The notes beneath the pieces were generated by a model. It ran no database searches. It was given only the letters and a program-made list of their open reading frames with translations, and was not told the DNA's origin. Shown piece by piece: positions 10,081 through 19,339 of a stretch of DNA of 64,000 nucleotides (its first letter is position 1; each line of letters begins with the position of its first letter). This DNA comes from Patescibacteria group bacterium (GTDB taxonomy: Bacteria > Patescibacteriota > Patescibacteriia > Magasanikbacterales > UBA922). A program made the translations under genes and the position numbers. The stretch is from positions 6,011 to 70,010 of the forward strand of contig JBAZIZ010000001.1 in the NCBI GenBank assembly GCA_041651535.1. Direction: 5' to 3'.

Positions 10081-11250
10081 TTATTTTTTATAAGTAGAGT
10101 AAAAAATAATTATATTGATAATATTTTTGAAACTAACCGCCAAAACTAATCCGGCGGTTTTAAAATAATAAAGAGCTGGAATTATTAAGATAAAATAAAT
10201 AATAGGAGTAATTATATTTTTATAAAATATAATTTTTTTATTTTTTAGATTATATGATGTTTCATATCCTAAAAATAAATCAAAAATCCAAATTGGTAAA
10301 AATAATAAAAACAATTGAGCAATAATTACGCTATTTTCATAATTAGGGAAGAATATTTTCATGACAAAAGGTGTAAAAATAATTGCAATAATACTAAAAA
10401 TAAAAGTTAGTATTGAAATATGAAAATATTTTTTAAAATTTATTTTTTCTCTTTTAGCTATTTTAGCTAAATAAATATTTGAAAATTCTTTTATAAGTCC
10501 TTGTAAACTGGTAATCATTTTTTTACCCACACTATAAATCGCTAAGGCTTTCATATCAATAAAAATACCAATCATAACACTATCTAAATTACTAGTTAGT
10601 AAATTTAAAATTTGCATTTTGGTTAAAAAAAATCCATAACTTTTCCAATCAGAATTTTCTTTGTCATTATCAATTAATTTTTGTGTATAAAAATAGCACA
10701 AGCCAGTCGGCAAAATTTGAATTAGTAGGTAAGTTGAAATTAAAATAAGAAAATTACCACGACTTAAAATAATTACAGTAATCATGGCTGATAAATATAA
10801 AATTGATTGTAATGAAGAATATAAATTAAGAATTTTAAATTTTTGTTTTCCTATTAAAAAAGAACGCCAAACATTTGGAGCAAAATTAAATGGAAAAAGT
10901 ATGGCACTTATCAAAAAAGCTTCTGATAATATTATTTCTTGTTTAAAAAAATAGAAACAAGCGATAAAAATAAGACTTAAAGACCCTAACCAACTATATT
11001 TAAATTTAGTTTTCACTGCTTTTTTATAAACTCCATCATTATTTTTTGCCACAGCTTCAATAGTAGAAGTATTAAGTCCAGGAATCGAAAAAATTGCGAT
11101 TATAGTCAAGATAGATAAAAAGAAATTATATTGCCCGACTACATCTTTGGAAACAAATCTAGTTAAAAATATTAAAATTATCAAACCAGACATGGTTGAA
11201 AAAAATTTGCCAATTCCTGTCCAAAAACTGTTCTTTACCAGATAGATCAT
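10081..11250 (-). CDS. Polysaccharide flippase-like membrane protein (Wzx/MOP superfamily)
   Basis: About 12 predicted TM helices; N-terminus MIYLVKNSFWTGIGKFF resembles Wzx starts. ORF track extends to 11412; alternative start at 11307 (MRQKIKK). The long form would overlap the divergent dehydrogenase gene. Confidence 0.6.
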   Translation of the reverse strand: MIYLVKNSFWTGIGKFFSTMSGLIILIFLTRFVSKDVVGQYNFFLSILTIIAIFSIPGLNTSTIEAVAKNNDGVYKKAVKTKFKYSWLGSLSLIFIACFYFFKQEIILSEAFLISAILFPFNFAPNVWRSFLIGKQKFKILNLYSSLQSILYLSAMITVIILSRGNFLILISTYLLIQILPTGLCYFYTQKLIDNDKENSDWKSYGFFLTKMQILNLLTSNLDSVMIGIFIDMKALAIYSVGKKMITSLQGLIKEFSNIYLAKIAKREKINFKKYFHISILTFIFSIIAIIFTPFVMKIFFPNYENSVIIAQLFLLFLPIWIFDLFLGYETSYNLKNKKIIFYKNIITPIIYFILIIPALYYFKTAGLVLAVSFKNIINIIIFYSTYKK

Positions 11251-11340
11251 GTCAGTTTTGACGTATTTTTGGATCCAAAGTAGTATTTTCTTGATTTTTT
11301 GTCTCATTGTGATAAAATTAAGGAAATAAATAAAATAAAT

Positions 11341-12717
11341 ATGAATATTTTGTATATCGGTTCTGGATTTGTCGGAGCTTGCTCTGCAGCTGTTTCTGCG
11401 GCCAGTGGTCATAATGTTTTCGTCTATGATATAGACGAAAAAAAGATAAAAATGCTAAGTTCTGGTGATAGAGATACAATTGAAAATTGTCTTCATGAAA
11501 CTGGACTAGGAGATTTACTTGTTAAACATTCTGACAGAATAAAGTTTAGCACAGATTATGAAAAAGTAAAAGAATTTTTAGCTGAAGTTGATGCTATTTT
11601 TATGTGTTTACCAACCCCAGAAATTGGTGAGACAGGGGAAAGTAATTTGTCTTATTATTTTGATGCTTGTGAAAAATTAGCCAAAAATTTATTAAATAGA
11701 AATAATGGAAATCAATCAAAATATGTAGTCATAGTCAATAAAAGTACTGTACCAATAGAAATGGCAGATAAAACTGAAGAAATTTTAAATAAAATTGGTG
11801 TAAAAAATTTTGGTGTAGTTTCTAATCCTGAATTTTTAGTTGAAGGTAAAGCAATTGAAGGTTCACTAAGACCTGACAGAGTAGTAATTGGAGCTTGGCA
11901 AGAAAAAGATTTTATGGTTATGAGAAATGTTTATCAAAGATTTTATGATTCGCCAAATGTAAAATATATTGAAGTAAATCCAAAAGAAGCTGCAGCTGGA
12001 AAACTTTTGGCAAATTTTTATTTATTTAATAAATTGGCTGTTTGTTTTGATGTAATTGGACGAACTTGTGAATCTTTTACTAATTTAAAATTTGAACAAA
12101 TTAGAAAAATTTTAACTAGCGATCCTCGTATTGGTGAATGGGGATTGTATGATAGCTTATACGCTGGAGGAAGTTGTTTTATAAAAGATGCTCGTTCACT
12201 TGCACACCAACTTCAGACAAATGGCAGTGAAGCAATTTTAGTAAATGAAACTTATTTGGCTAACAAAAGACAATTAGAAAGATTTATTTCTCGTGCAGAA
12301 AGAGATTTAAATTTTGATTGGAATGGAAAAAAAGTAACGATTTTGGGTACAGCTTTCAAAAGAGACACAAATGATATTAGAAATTCACCAAGTATAGATA
12401 TTGTAAATTTTCTTTTTGAAAATTCTATTGAAAAAATAAATATTTTTGATCCAGTCGCTAATGAAAATTTTAAAATATTGTTTCCTGAAAATGAAAAAAT
12501 AAAATATTTTGATCATGAAAATAAAGCGATTTTAGATACTGATATCATAATTATTACGACTGACTGGCCACAATTTCGTGGTTTAGCTGATTTTTTGTTA
12601 GAAAAATTTAAAGAAGAAAAAAAACCAATTATTATGGATGGCCGAAGAATGTTACAACATAAATATAATGATTTAAAGCAAGCTGGTTTCAAAATTATTG
12701 CAGTTGGAGAAAAATAA
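11341..12717 (+). CDS. NAD-dependent UDP-glucose/GDP-mannose dehydrogenase family protein
   Basis: MNILYIGSGFVGACSAAVSA Rossmann N-terminus; catalytic Cys region GGSCFIKD. Start placed at the ATG preceded by AAGGA rather than the ORF-track start 11299. Confidence 0.85.
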   Translation: MNILYIGSGFVGACSAAVSAASGHNVFVYDIDEKKIKMLSSGDRDTIENCLHETGLGDLLVKHSDRIKFSTDYEKVKEFLAEVDAIFMCLPTPEIGETGESNLSYYFDACEKLAKNLLNRNNGNQSKYVVIVNKSTVPIEMADKTEEILNKIGVKNFGVVSNPEFLVEGKAIEGSLRPDRVVIGAWQEKDFMVMRNVYQRFYDSPNVKYIEVNPKEAAAGKLLANFYLFNKLAVCFDVIGRTCESFTNLKFEQIRKILTSDPRIGEWGLYDSLYAGGSCFIKDARSLAHQLQTNGSEAILVNETYLANKRQLERFISRAERDLNFDWNGKKVTILGTAFKRDTNDIRNSPSIDIVNFLFENSIEKINIFDPVANENFKILFPENEKIKYFDHENKAILDTDIIIITTDWPQFRGLADFLLEKFKEEKKPIIMDGRRMLQHKYNDLKQAGFKIIAVGEK

Positions 12718-12749
12718 ATAATTTTAGATTTTAGAATTATAAATAAAAT

Positions 12750-13376
12750 ATGTATTCATTAGAAGAAAAAAAAATTATTTTACATACTAGCCATAAAGTG
12801 GAAAGTTTGTTTAAAAATTATCCAGTGCCAGCTCATGGAATAAAACATATCAAACACGTTGTCGAATATACAAAACAGATTGCAAAAAAAGAAAAAACAA
12901 ATATATTTTTAGCAGAAATGAGCGCTTGGCTTCATGACATTGGTAGAACTTTGGAAATTGACGATTCTTTTCATGGAAATAAACATCATGAATTATCTTA
13001 TGAATTATGTCAGAAATGGTTTCAAGAAGACAAAATATACAATAAATTAAATCGTAAACAAAAAGAAATTTTATTATATTCTGTGCGTTATCATTGGAAT
13101 AATGTTGCTGATAAATATGATACAGCTTGGATTTTACGCGATGCTGATAAATTAGATAGTTTAGGAAAAAACGGTATAGAAAGAATGCTGGAATTTTCAG
13201 AAAAAGATGAAAGTAAATTAGAATTAAATTTGCGTTTGCGTTATGATATTTTTTATTGGTTAAAGACAAAGACAGCTAAAAAAATTGTTAAAGATAAAAA
13301 AATGATGGAACAAATTGATAAATTTTATTTTAAGTTATTAAAAAAAGAAATTAAACCAATTAAAATTAAAAAATAA
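12750..13376 (+). CDS. HD-domain metal-dependent phosphohydrolase
   Basis: H…HD motif: HGIKHIKHV … AWLHDIGR. Confidence 0.6.
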   Translation: MYSLEEKKIILHTSHKVESLFKNYPVPAHGIKHIKHVVEYTKQIAKKEKTNIFLAEMSAWLHDIGRTLEIDDSFHGNKHHELSYELCQKWFQEDKIYNKLNRKQKEILLYSVRYHWNNVADKYDTAWILRDADKLDSLGKNGIERMLEFSEKDESKLELNLRLRYDIFYWLKTKTAKKIVKDKKMMEQIDKFYFKLLKKEIKPIKIKK

Positions 13377-13388
13377 ACAACCTAAATT

Positions 13389-13416
13389 CTAGATTTAAGA
13401 TTTTAGATTTAAGAAT
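13389..13416. repeat. (GATTTWA)n post-stop repeat, upstream arm of an inverted pair
   Basis: tctagatttaagattttagatttaagaa; its reverse complement recurs at 13811-13838. Confidence 0.6.
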
Positions 13417-13435
13417 TTTAATTTAAAAATATAAT

Positions 13436-13801
13436 ATGAATAAGGAGGGGTTAAAGCAAAGAACAAAAGAATATTCTTTGCGAATAATTAAATTAATTCA
13501 AGCTTTACCAAATAATATTACAGCTTGGACAATATCTAAACAATTGGTAAGAAGCGGGACATCAGTCGGAGCAAATTATAGAGCTGTATGTAGATCAAGA
13601 TCAGAAGCAGATTTTATAGCTAAATTAGGGATAGTAATTGAAGAAGCTGATGAAAGTGCATTTTGGTTAGAATTAATTATTGAAAATAATTTATTAAAAA
13701 AAGAATTGGTTAATCCACTTTTAAAAGAAACCAATGAAATAATAGCAATTTTAGTTTCATCTTTAAAAACAATGAAAAATAAAAATAATAAAAAACTCTA
13801 G
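13436..13801 (+). CDS. Four-helix-bundle protein (23S rRNA intervening-sequence protein / Avd-like family)
   Basis: QLVRSGTSVGANYRAVCRSRSEADFIAKLGIVIEEADESAFWLELI matches the TIGR02436/PF05635 signature. Confidence 0.8.
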   Translation: MNKEGLKQRTKEYSLRIIKLIQALPNNITAWTISKQLVRSGTSVGANYRAVCRSRSEADFIAKLGIVIEEADESAFWLELIIENNLLKKELVNPLLKETNEIIAILVSSLKTMKNKNNKKL

Positions 13802-13810
13802 AATTTTAAC

Positions 13811-13838
13811 TCTAGAATCTTAAATCTTAAATCATAAA
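13811..13838. repeat. (GATTTWA)n repeat, downstream inverted arm
   Basis: tctagaatcttaaatcttaaatcataaa is the reverse complement of the 13389-13416 motif. Confidence 0.6.
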
Positions 13839-13842
13839 TCAT

Positions 13843-14754
13843 ATGCGTTATTTAGTCACTGGTGGTGCTGGTTTTATCGGCACAAATTTAGTTAAAAAAT
13901 TATTATCACTTGGTCATGAAGTGGTTGTTTTAGATAATTATGCTGGCGGAAAAAAAGAGGAAAGACTTCAAGAAAAAGCAAAATATATTGAAGGTGATAT
14001 TCGTAATGAAAAAGATCTTGATCTTGCTTGTGAAGGAATAGATGGTATTTTTCATTTAGCAGCTCTACCAAGAGTTACTTTTTCAGTAGAAGAGCCTGAA
14101 CTTACTCATGATGTAAATGTTAATGGAACTTTAAAAGTATTGTTAGCTGCAAAAAAACATAATATCAAGAGAGTTGTCTTTTCATCATCTTCATCTACTT
14201 ATGGTGCAGAAGAAAAAAACTTATTAAAAGAAGATGGAGCAGTCAAAATGCCGATTAGTCCTTATGCACTTCATAAACTTATCGGAGAACATTATTGTCG
14301 TCTTTTTTCTGATTTGTATGGTTTAGAAACTGTAAGTTTGATTTATTTCAATGTTTATGGACCATATTTTGACCCAGAAGGTGCTTATGCTCTTGTAGTC
14401 GGTAAATTCCTTAAACAAAAAAAAGAAGGTCTTCCAATGACAATTTGTGGTGACGGAGAATATTATCGTGATTATACTCATGTTTCTGATGTGGTTCAGG
14501 CAAATATTTTAGCTATGACAAAAGAAAATGTAGGACATGGTGAAACTTTTAATATTGGTTGTGGAACACCAAGAACTGTTAATGAATTAGCAAAATTAAT
14601 TGGTGGGGAAACTTTAAATATTGAGGCTCGTCCAGGTGATCCAAGATTTTCTGGAGCTGATAACACAAAAGCAAAAGAAATACTTGGTTGGGAACCAAAA
14701 GTAAGTTTAGAGGAAGGAATAGTTGAACTTAAAAAAGATTGGGAAATCAAATAA
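13843..14754 (+). CDS. NAD-dependent nucleotide-sugar epimerase/dehydratase (extended SDR)
   Basis: MRYLVTGGAGFIGTNLVKKL Rossmann motif; YxxxK region (YALHK). Confidence 0.8.
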   Translation: MRYLVTGGAGFIGTNLVKKLLSLGHEVVVLDNYAGGKKEERLQEKAKYIEGDIRNEKDLDLACEGIDGIFHLAALPRVTFSVEEPELTHDVNVNGTLKVLLAAKKHNIKRVVFSSSSSTYGAEEKNLLKEDGAVKMPISPYALHKLIGEHYCRLFSDLYGLETVSLIYFNVYGPYFDPEGAYALVVGKFLKQKKEGLPMTICGDGEYYRDYTHVSDVVQANILAMTKENVGHGETFNIGCGTPRTVNELAKLIGGETLNIEARPGDPRFSGADNTKAKEILGWEPKVSLEEGIVELKKDWEIK

Positions 14755-14758
14755 ATTA

Positions 14759-14784
14759 GGATTTAAGATTTTAGAATTAAGAAA
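14759..14784. repeat. (GATTTWA)n post-stop repeat copy
   Basis: ggatttaagattttagaattaagaaa immediately after the epimerase stop. Confidence 0.5.
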
Positions 14785-14837
14785 TAAAAAAACAGTGTTT
14801 AGTCATTGATTATTTTAAAATAGTAAAAAATAATGTT

Positions 14838-16409
14838 ATGTTTAAAAAAAAGAAAAATATAATTATTATCACAGGTTTTATTTTACTTTTCTTTTTGTAT
14901 AATTTTTTAAATCTAATTAATCCTAGATTTTTTAATTCTCCTGATGAAAATGCTAATTTTGTTTTTATTTCAAATTTCGCACAAAATAATTCTTTGATAA
15001 TTCCACTTACAAAAGATTATGAAATATTTAATGAATTTATTCATCCTCGCAGTACTTTTGTGATAGAAAAAGGCGGGCAAGATATTTTACCAGTTGGTTT
15101 TTGGGGGATAATAATTTTTTATGGTGCATTTGCTAAAATTTTTGGAGATTATTTGCTTCTTTTCCTGACTTCTATTTTGACTATTTTGGCTGGATTAGCT
15201 TTTTATAAAATTATAGAAAAAATTTGGAATAAAAATATTGCTTGGTTTTCTACCATATTATTTTATATTCACCCAGCAGTTTTTTATTATACTAGTAGAT
15301 CTTTTTTTCCAAATATGCCGTTTATAGATTTACTTATAATTTCACTTTATTTTTTATTGACAAAACCTTTTTCAAAAAAATATCAAAAATTATTTGTAGA
15401 TGATATTATTGGATTTGTTTTTTTACTTTCAGCATTACTTGTAAGACCAAGTGAAATTGTTTGGCTTTTTATTTCGGGACTTATTATTTTATTTAGTTAT
15501 AAAAAAGAAATAAGTAATAAATCTCTGGTTCGATTTTCGATTATTAGTTTTTTATTTTTTTTATTTTATTTGATTATAAATACTTTTTTATATAATAATT
15601 CTGCTCCGACTTATATTAGCTCTAATTCTTTAGATTTAGATTCAAAATTAAATTATATTTTTCCGTTTGGAATAAATTTAAATCTGATTTTAAGTACTGG
15701 ATATTTTTATTTTGTAAAATTATTTTTACCTTTTGTTTTTTTAGCACTATTAGGAATTTTTGTATTTTTATTTGATTGGCAAAAAAATAAAAATATTAAC
15801 AAAGAACAAAAAATTTATTTTAGTTTGTTTATTTTTATTTCATTATTTTTATTTGTTTATTACGGAAGTTACAAAACTGAAATGTATTATCAAAAAACTA
15901 TTGGCGTAGCTTATGATCGTTATTGGCTTTTGATTTTCATCATGTCATTACCATTTATTGCTTATTTTTTTGATTATTTTAAAAGAAAATTAAATTATAA
16001 AAAAGATTATTTTATATATAGTTTTATTTTTATTTTATTTTTATTTAGTTTCAAATTGACTTTTACTAGTTTGAATGGAATTTTTTTTATAAATAATCAA
16101 TTACAATATCAAAAAGAGGTGAGAGAAGATGTTTTGAATAAATATGGTAATGATGTTATAATTTTGACTGATTCTGAAGATAAATTTTTTTGGCCAGAAA
16201 TAGAGGTAATAGTGCGTTTTTTTGATCCAAATGTGGCTAAAAATAGCTATAAAATGCTTGAAAATAATTATGAATTGTATTATTTTACTCATAATGATGA
16301 AAAAAGATTTTTTCAAGCTAGAGATTATTTAGAAATTTATAATTTAGAAATTGTAAAAGAAAAAGTTTACAAAGAGCATACTTTGTTTAAGTTAAAAATT
16401 AAAAATTAA
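14838..16409 (+). CDS. Polytopic membrane protein, putative GT-C-type glycosyltransferase (ArnT/PMT-like)
   Basis: 523 aa, more than 10 predicted TM helices, located in a glycan locus; no soluble-domain motif recognised. Confidence 0.45.
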   Translation: MFKKKKNIIIITGFILLFFLYNFLNLINPRFFNSPDENANFVFISNFAQNNSLIIPLTKDYEIFNEFIHPRSTFVIEKGGQDILPVGFWGIIIFYGAFAKIFGDYLLLFLTSILTILAGLAFYKIIEKIWNKNIAWFSTILFYIHPAVFYYTSRSFFPNMPFIDLLIISLYFLLTKPFSKKYQKLFVDDIIGFVFLLSALLVRPSEIVWLFISGLIILFSYKKEISNKSLVRFSIISFLFFLFYLIINTFLYNNSAPTYISSNSLDLDSKLNYIFPFGINLNLILSTGYFYFVKLFLPFVFLALLGIFVFLFDWQKNKNINKEQKIYFSLFIFISLFLFVYYGSYKTEMYYQKTIGVAYDRYWLLIFIMSLPFIAYFFDYFKRKLNYKKDYFIYSFIFILFLFSFKLTFTSLNGIFFINNQLQYQKEVREDVLNKYGNDVIILTDSEDKFFWPEIEVIVRFFDPNVAKNSYKMLENNYELYYFTHNDEKRFFQARDYLEIYNLEIVKEKVYKEHTLFKLKIKN

Positions 16410-16412
16410 TTT

Positions 16413-16808
16413 ATGTGTATATTTTGTAAAATTATAAATAAAGAAATCCCAAATTATACTGTTTATGAAGATGATTTTGTTTTAGCTTTTTTAGATATAA
16501 ATCCTTGTACAAAAGGTCATACATTAGTTATACCAAAAAAACATTATGAAAATGTTTTTGTTTTGCCTGATGAAGAATTACAAAGAATTACGGTGGTGGC
16601 TAAAAAAATTGCTATTTTGTTAAAAGAAAAACTTGGAGCTGAAGGAATTAATTTTTTAAATTCAAATGGAAAAATTGCTCAGCAAGAAATTGAACATTAT
16701 CATATGCATATTATTCCACGTTATAAAGATAATAATTGTAAAATTGATTTCTTAAATAAGACAGAAGAAAAAGATTTTGAATCAGTAATTGCTAAAATTA
16801 ATAAATAA
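16413..16808 (+). CDS. HIT-family nucleotide hydrolase/transferase
   Basis: Histidine triad EIEHYHMHIIP. Confidence 0.8.
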   Translation: MCIFCKIINKEIPNYTVYEDDFVLAFLDINPCTKGHTLVIPKKHYENVFVLPDEELQRITVVAKKIAILLKEKLGAEGINFLNSNGKIAQQEIEHYHMHIIPRYKDNNCKIDFLNKTEEKDFESVIAKINK

Positions 16809-16813
16809 TATTT

Positions 16814-17347
16814 ATGCCAAAACGATTAAATAAAATTTCTGAAGAAATTTTACATGAAAATCCGTGGTACAGTTACAAACATGATAAATATGAAAAACCA
16901 AATGGCCAAATTGGGGATTACTACTATTCTGAAGGAAAAGGATTTGCTTTGGTAGTTCCAGTATTAGATGATGGTAGAATAGTTTTAACTTTACAATATC
17001 GTTATTTATCTGATAAACAAAGTGTAGAATTTCCAGGAGGAGTAATTGAAGAAAATGAATCAGCTTTAGAAGCTGCTAAAAGAGAATTGTTAGAAGAAAC
17101 TGGTTGTGTGGCTGGGGAGATTGTAAAAATGGGAGTTTTTGAACCAGACAATGTTTTAGTAAGAAATTCAGCGCATGTATTTTTAGCTAAAATTATTGAT
17201 CAAAAATCACAAAATTTAGATGATAGTGAAGAAATAGAAGTTTTGTATAGAACACCTGAAGATGTGGAAAGAATGATAAAAAATAATGAAATTTTGTGTG
17301 GAAATACTATGGCGGTTTGGGCTTTAGTTAGAAATTATTTTTTATAA
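16814..17347 (+). CDS. NUDIX hydrolase
   Basis: Nudix box GGVIEENESALEAAKRELLEETG. Confidence 0.75.
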   Translation: MPKRLNKISEEILHENPWYSYKHDKYEKPNGQIGDYYYSEGKGFALVVPVLDDGRIVLTLQYRYLSDKQSVEFPGGVIEENESALEAAKRELLEETGCVAGEIVKMGVFEPDNVLVRNSAHVFLAKIIDQKSQNLDDSEEIEVLYRTPEDVERMIKNNEILCGNTMAVWALVRNYFL

Positions 17348-17354
17348 TTATTAT

Positions 17355-17828
17355 ATGTTAAATAAAGAATATCAAGAATATGTTTATGCCTGTGTTGATG
17401 TAATTATCAAAAATGAAGAAGGCAAAATTTTATTAACCAAAAGAAATGTTGAACCTTTTAAAAATACTTGGATTTTGCCGGGTGGTAGAATGAAACTCGG
17501 AGAATTACCATTGATTACGGCTCAAAGAGAAATATTTGAAGAAACAGGTTTACAAATTGAACCAAAAAAATTATATGGAGTTTATGCTGATCCAAATCGT
17601 GATCCTAGATGTTATACAGTTTCTATTATTTATGTAGCTGAAATTAGTGGCGGTGAAATGATTAAAACTTTAGAAGTGTCAGCTTATAAATGGATTGATA
17701 AAAATGAAATTCCACAAGAAATTGGTTTTGATCACCGAGACATAATTGAGGATTTTTTTAAATTTCCAGAAGAACAACAAATAGACAATAATTTTAAAAA
17801 TAAAGATTTTAATCTTTTTAAAAAATAA
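17355..17828 (+). CDS. NUDIX hydrolase
   Basis: Nudix box GGRMKLGELPLITAQREIFEETG. Confidence 0.75.
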   Translation: MLNKEYQEYVYACVDVIIKNEEGKILLTKRNVEPFKNTWILPGGRMKLGELPLITAQREIFEETGLQIEPKKLYGVYADPNRDPRCYTVSIIYVAEISGGEMIKTLEVSAYKWIDKNEIPQEIGFDHRDIIEDFFKFPEEQQIDNNFKNKDFNLFKK

Positions 17829-17846
17829 TTTCTTAATTTATTATTT

Positions 17847-18902
17847 ATGAATATATTAGTTTGCGGCGGAGCTGGATTTATTGGTTCCAATTTTATTCGT
17901 CACATGCTCCAAAAATATCCTAGCTATAAAATAGTTAATTATGATAAATTAACTTATGCTGGAAATTTGGAAAATCTAAAAGATGTAGAAAATAATCCAA
18001 ATTATAATTTTGTTCAAGGAGACATTATTGATTTGGATAATTTAAATAAAGTTATTAAAGAATATAATATCAATCGAGTTATAAATTTTGCAGCTGAAAC
18101 TCATGTCGATCGTTCTATTCATGGTGGCTGTAAAGATTTTGTTTTAACAAATACTTTGGGAGTACAAATGATTTTGGATGCTGTCAGAAGTAATAATTTA
18201 GAAAAGTTTGTTAATGTTTCGACTGATGAAGTTTATGGTTCTTTAGCTTTAGAGGAAGAAAGATTATTTACAGAACATACTCCAATTGAACCAAATATGC
18301 CTTATGCTGCTGCTAAAGCCGGTGGTGATTTAATGTGTCGAGCTTATTTTGTCACACATAAAGTTCCAGTTGTAGTTACTCATTGTTCAAATAATTATGG
18401 ACCTTATCAATTTCCTGAAAAATTGATTCCTTTTTTTGTTTTTAAATTATTAAAGGGCGAAAAAGTACCAGTTTATGGTGATGGTTTAAATGTGCGTGAT
18501 TGGATTCATGTGGTAGATCATGCCAAAGCTCTTGATTTACTTTTACACGAAGGAATTCCTGGTGAAATTTATAATATTGGTGTGGATAATGAAAGAAATA
18601 ATTTAACTATTACTAAAATGATTTTGAAAATCATGAATTTAAATGAAGAAAGAATAGAATACGTTACTGATAGACCAGGTCATGATAGACGTTATGCGAT
18701 CGATGCTACAAAAATATTAAATTTAGGTTGGAAACCAGAATATACACAAGATAAATTTGAACAAGGTTTACGAGAAACAGTCGAATGGTATTTAAATAAT
18801 AAATCTTGGGTAGAAAATTTATGGCAAAAGAAAAAAGATGAAATGAATAAATTTCAAAGTAATTTAGAAAGATCTGAAGAAAAAATGAAATCTTCAACTT
18901 AA
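17847..18902 (+). CDS. rfbB: dTDP-glucose 4,6-dehydratase
   Basis: MNILVCGGAGFIGSNFIRHML…YDKLTYAGNLENL…YAAAK, typical RmlB. Confidence 0.85.
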   Translation: MNILVCGGAGFIGSNFIRHMLQKYPSYKIVNYDKLTYAGNLENLKDVENNPNYNFVQGDIIDLDNLNKVIKEYNINRVINFAAETHVDRSIHGGCKDFVLTNTLGVQMILDAVRSNNLEKFVNVSTDEVYGSLALEEERLFTEHTPIEPNMPYAAAKAGGDLMCRAYFVTHKVPVVVTHCSNNYGPYQFPEKLIPFFVFKLLKGEKVPVYGDGLNVRDWIHVVDHAKALDLLLHEGIPGEIYNIGVDNERNNLTITKMILKIMNLNEERIEYVTDRPGHDRRYAIDATKILNLGWKPEYTQDKFEQGLRETVEWYLNNKSWVENLWQKKKDEMNKFQSNLERSEEKMKSST

Positions 18903-18921
18903 TTTTAATTATTATTTTAAT

Positions 18922-19338
18922 ATGAAAAAATTTCAAGAATTTTCAATAAAAAAAATTGAAGTGCCGGGAAAATTTATTATGAGTCCGGTAGAATTAAGAG
19001 ATTATATAGATTTTGAAGTAAAAAGAATTTATTTTATTAGTCATGTAGAAGCTCCAACAGGTGCTCATTGTCATAAAGTAGAGGAAGAATTGTTTATTTT
19101 ACTTTCTGGAACTTGCAGCGCAGTAATTGATAGGGGAAATGGAATTGAAGAAATAAAAATGATTGGTCCAAATTCTGCAATTTATACTCCAGCTTTTGTT
19201 TGGCATCATTTTAAAGATTTTTCTTCTGATGCAATTTTATTAGCAATTTCTTCAACAAATTATAATCCAGATCGAAGTGATTATATAGAAAATTATGATG
19301 AATATTTGAAAATAAGAGATGAAAAATTAAAAGTTTAA
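18922..19338 (+). CDS. WxcM/FdtA-like cupin: dTDP-4-keto-6-deoxyhexose 3,4-ketoisomerase-like
   Basis: APTGAHCHKVEEE (H-x-H-K catalytic motif) and C-terminal YNPDRSDYIENYDEY (DYIRDYDEF-like). Confidence 0.65.
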   Translation: MKKFQEFSIKKIEVPGKFIMSPVELRDYIDFEVKRIYFISHVEAPTGAHCHKVEEELFILLSGTCSAVIDRGNGIEEIKMIGPNSAIYTPAFVWHHFKDFSSDAILLAISSTNYNPDRSDYIENYDEYLKIRDEKLKV

Positions 19339-19339
19339 T

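Noticed and set aside
10081-11412. ORF-track N-terminal extensions of the flippase (to 11412), dehydrogenase (11299), TraD-like gene (50639, TTG), island gene (20281, GTG) and TspO (52338)
   Set aside because: The extensions overlap divergent genes or sit on promoters. Internal ATGs give N-termini matching family norms, so the shorter models are reported.
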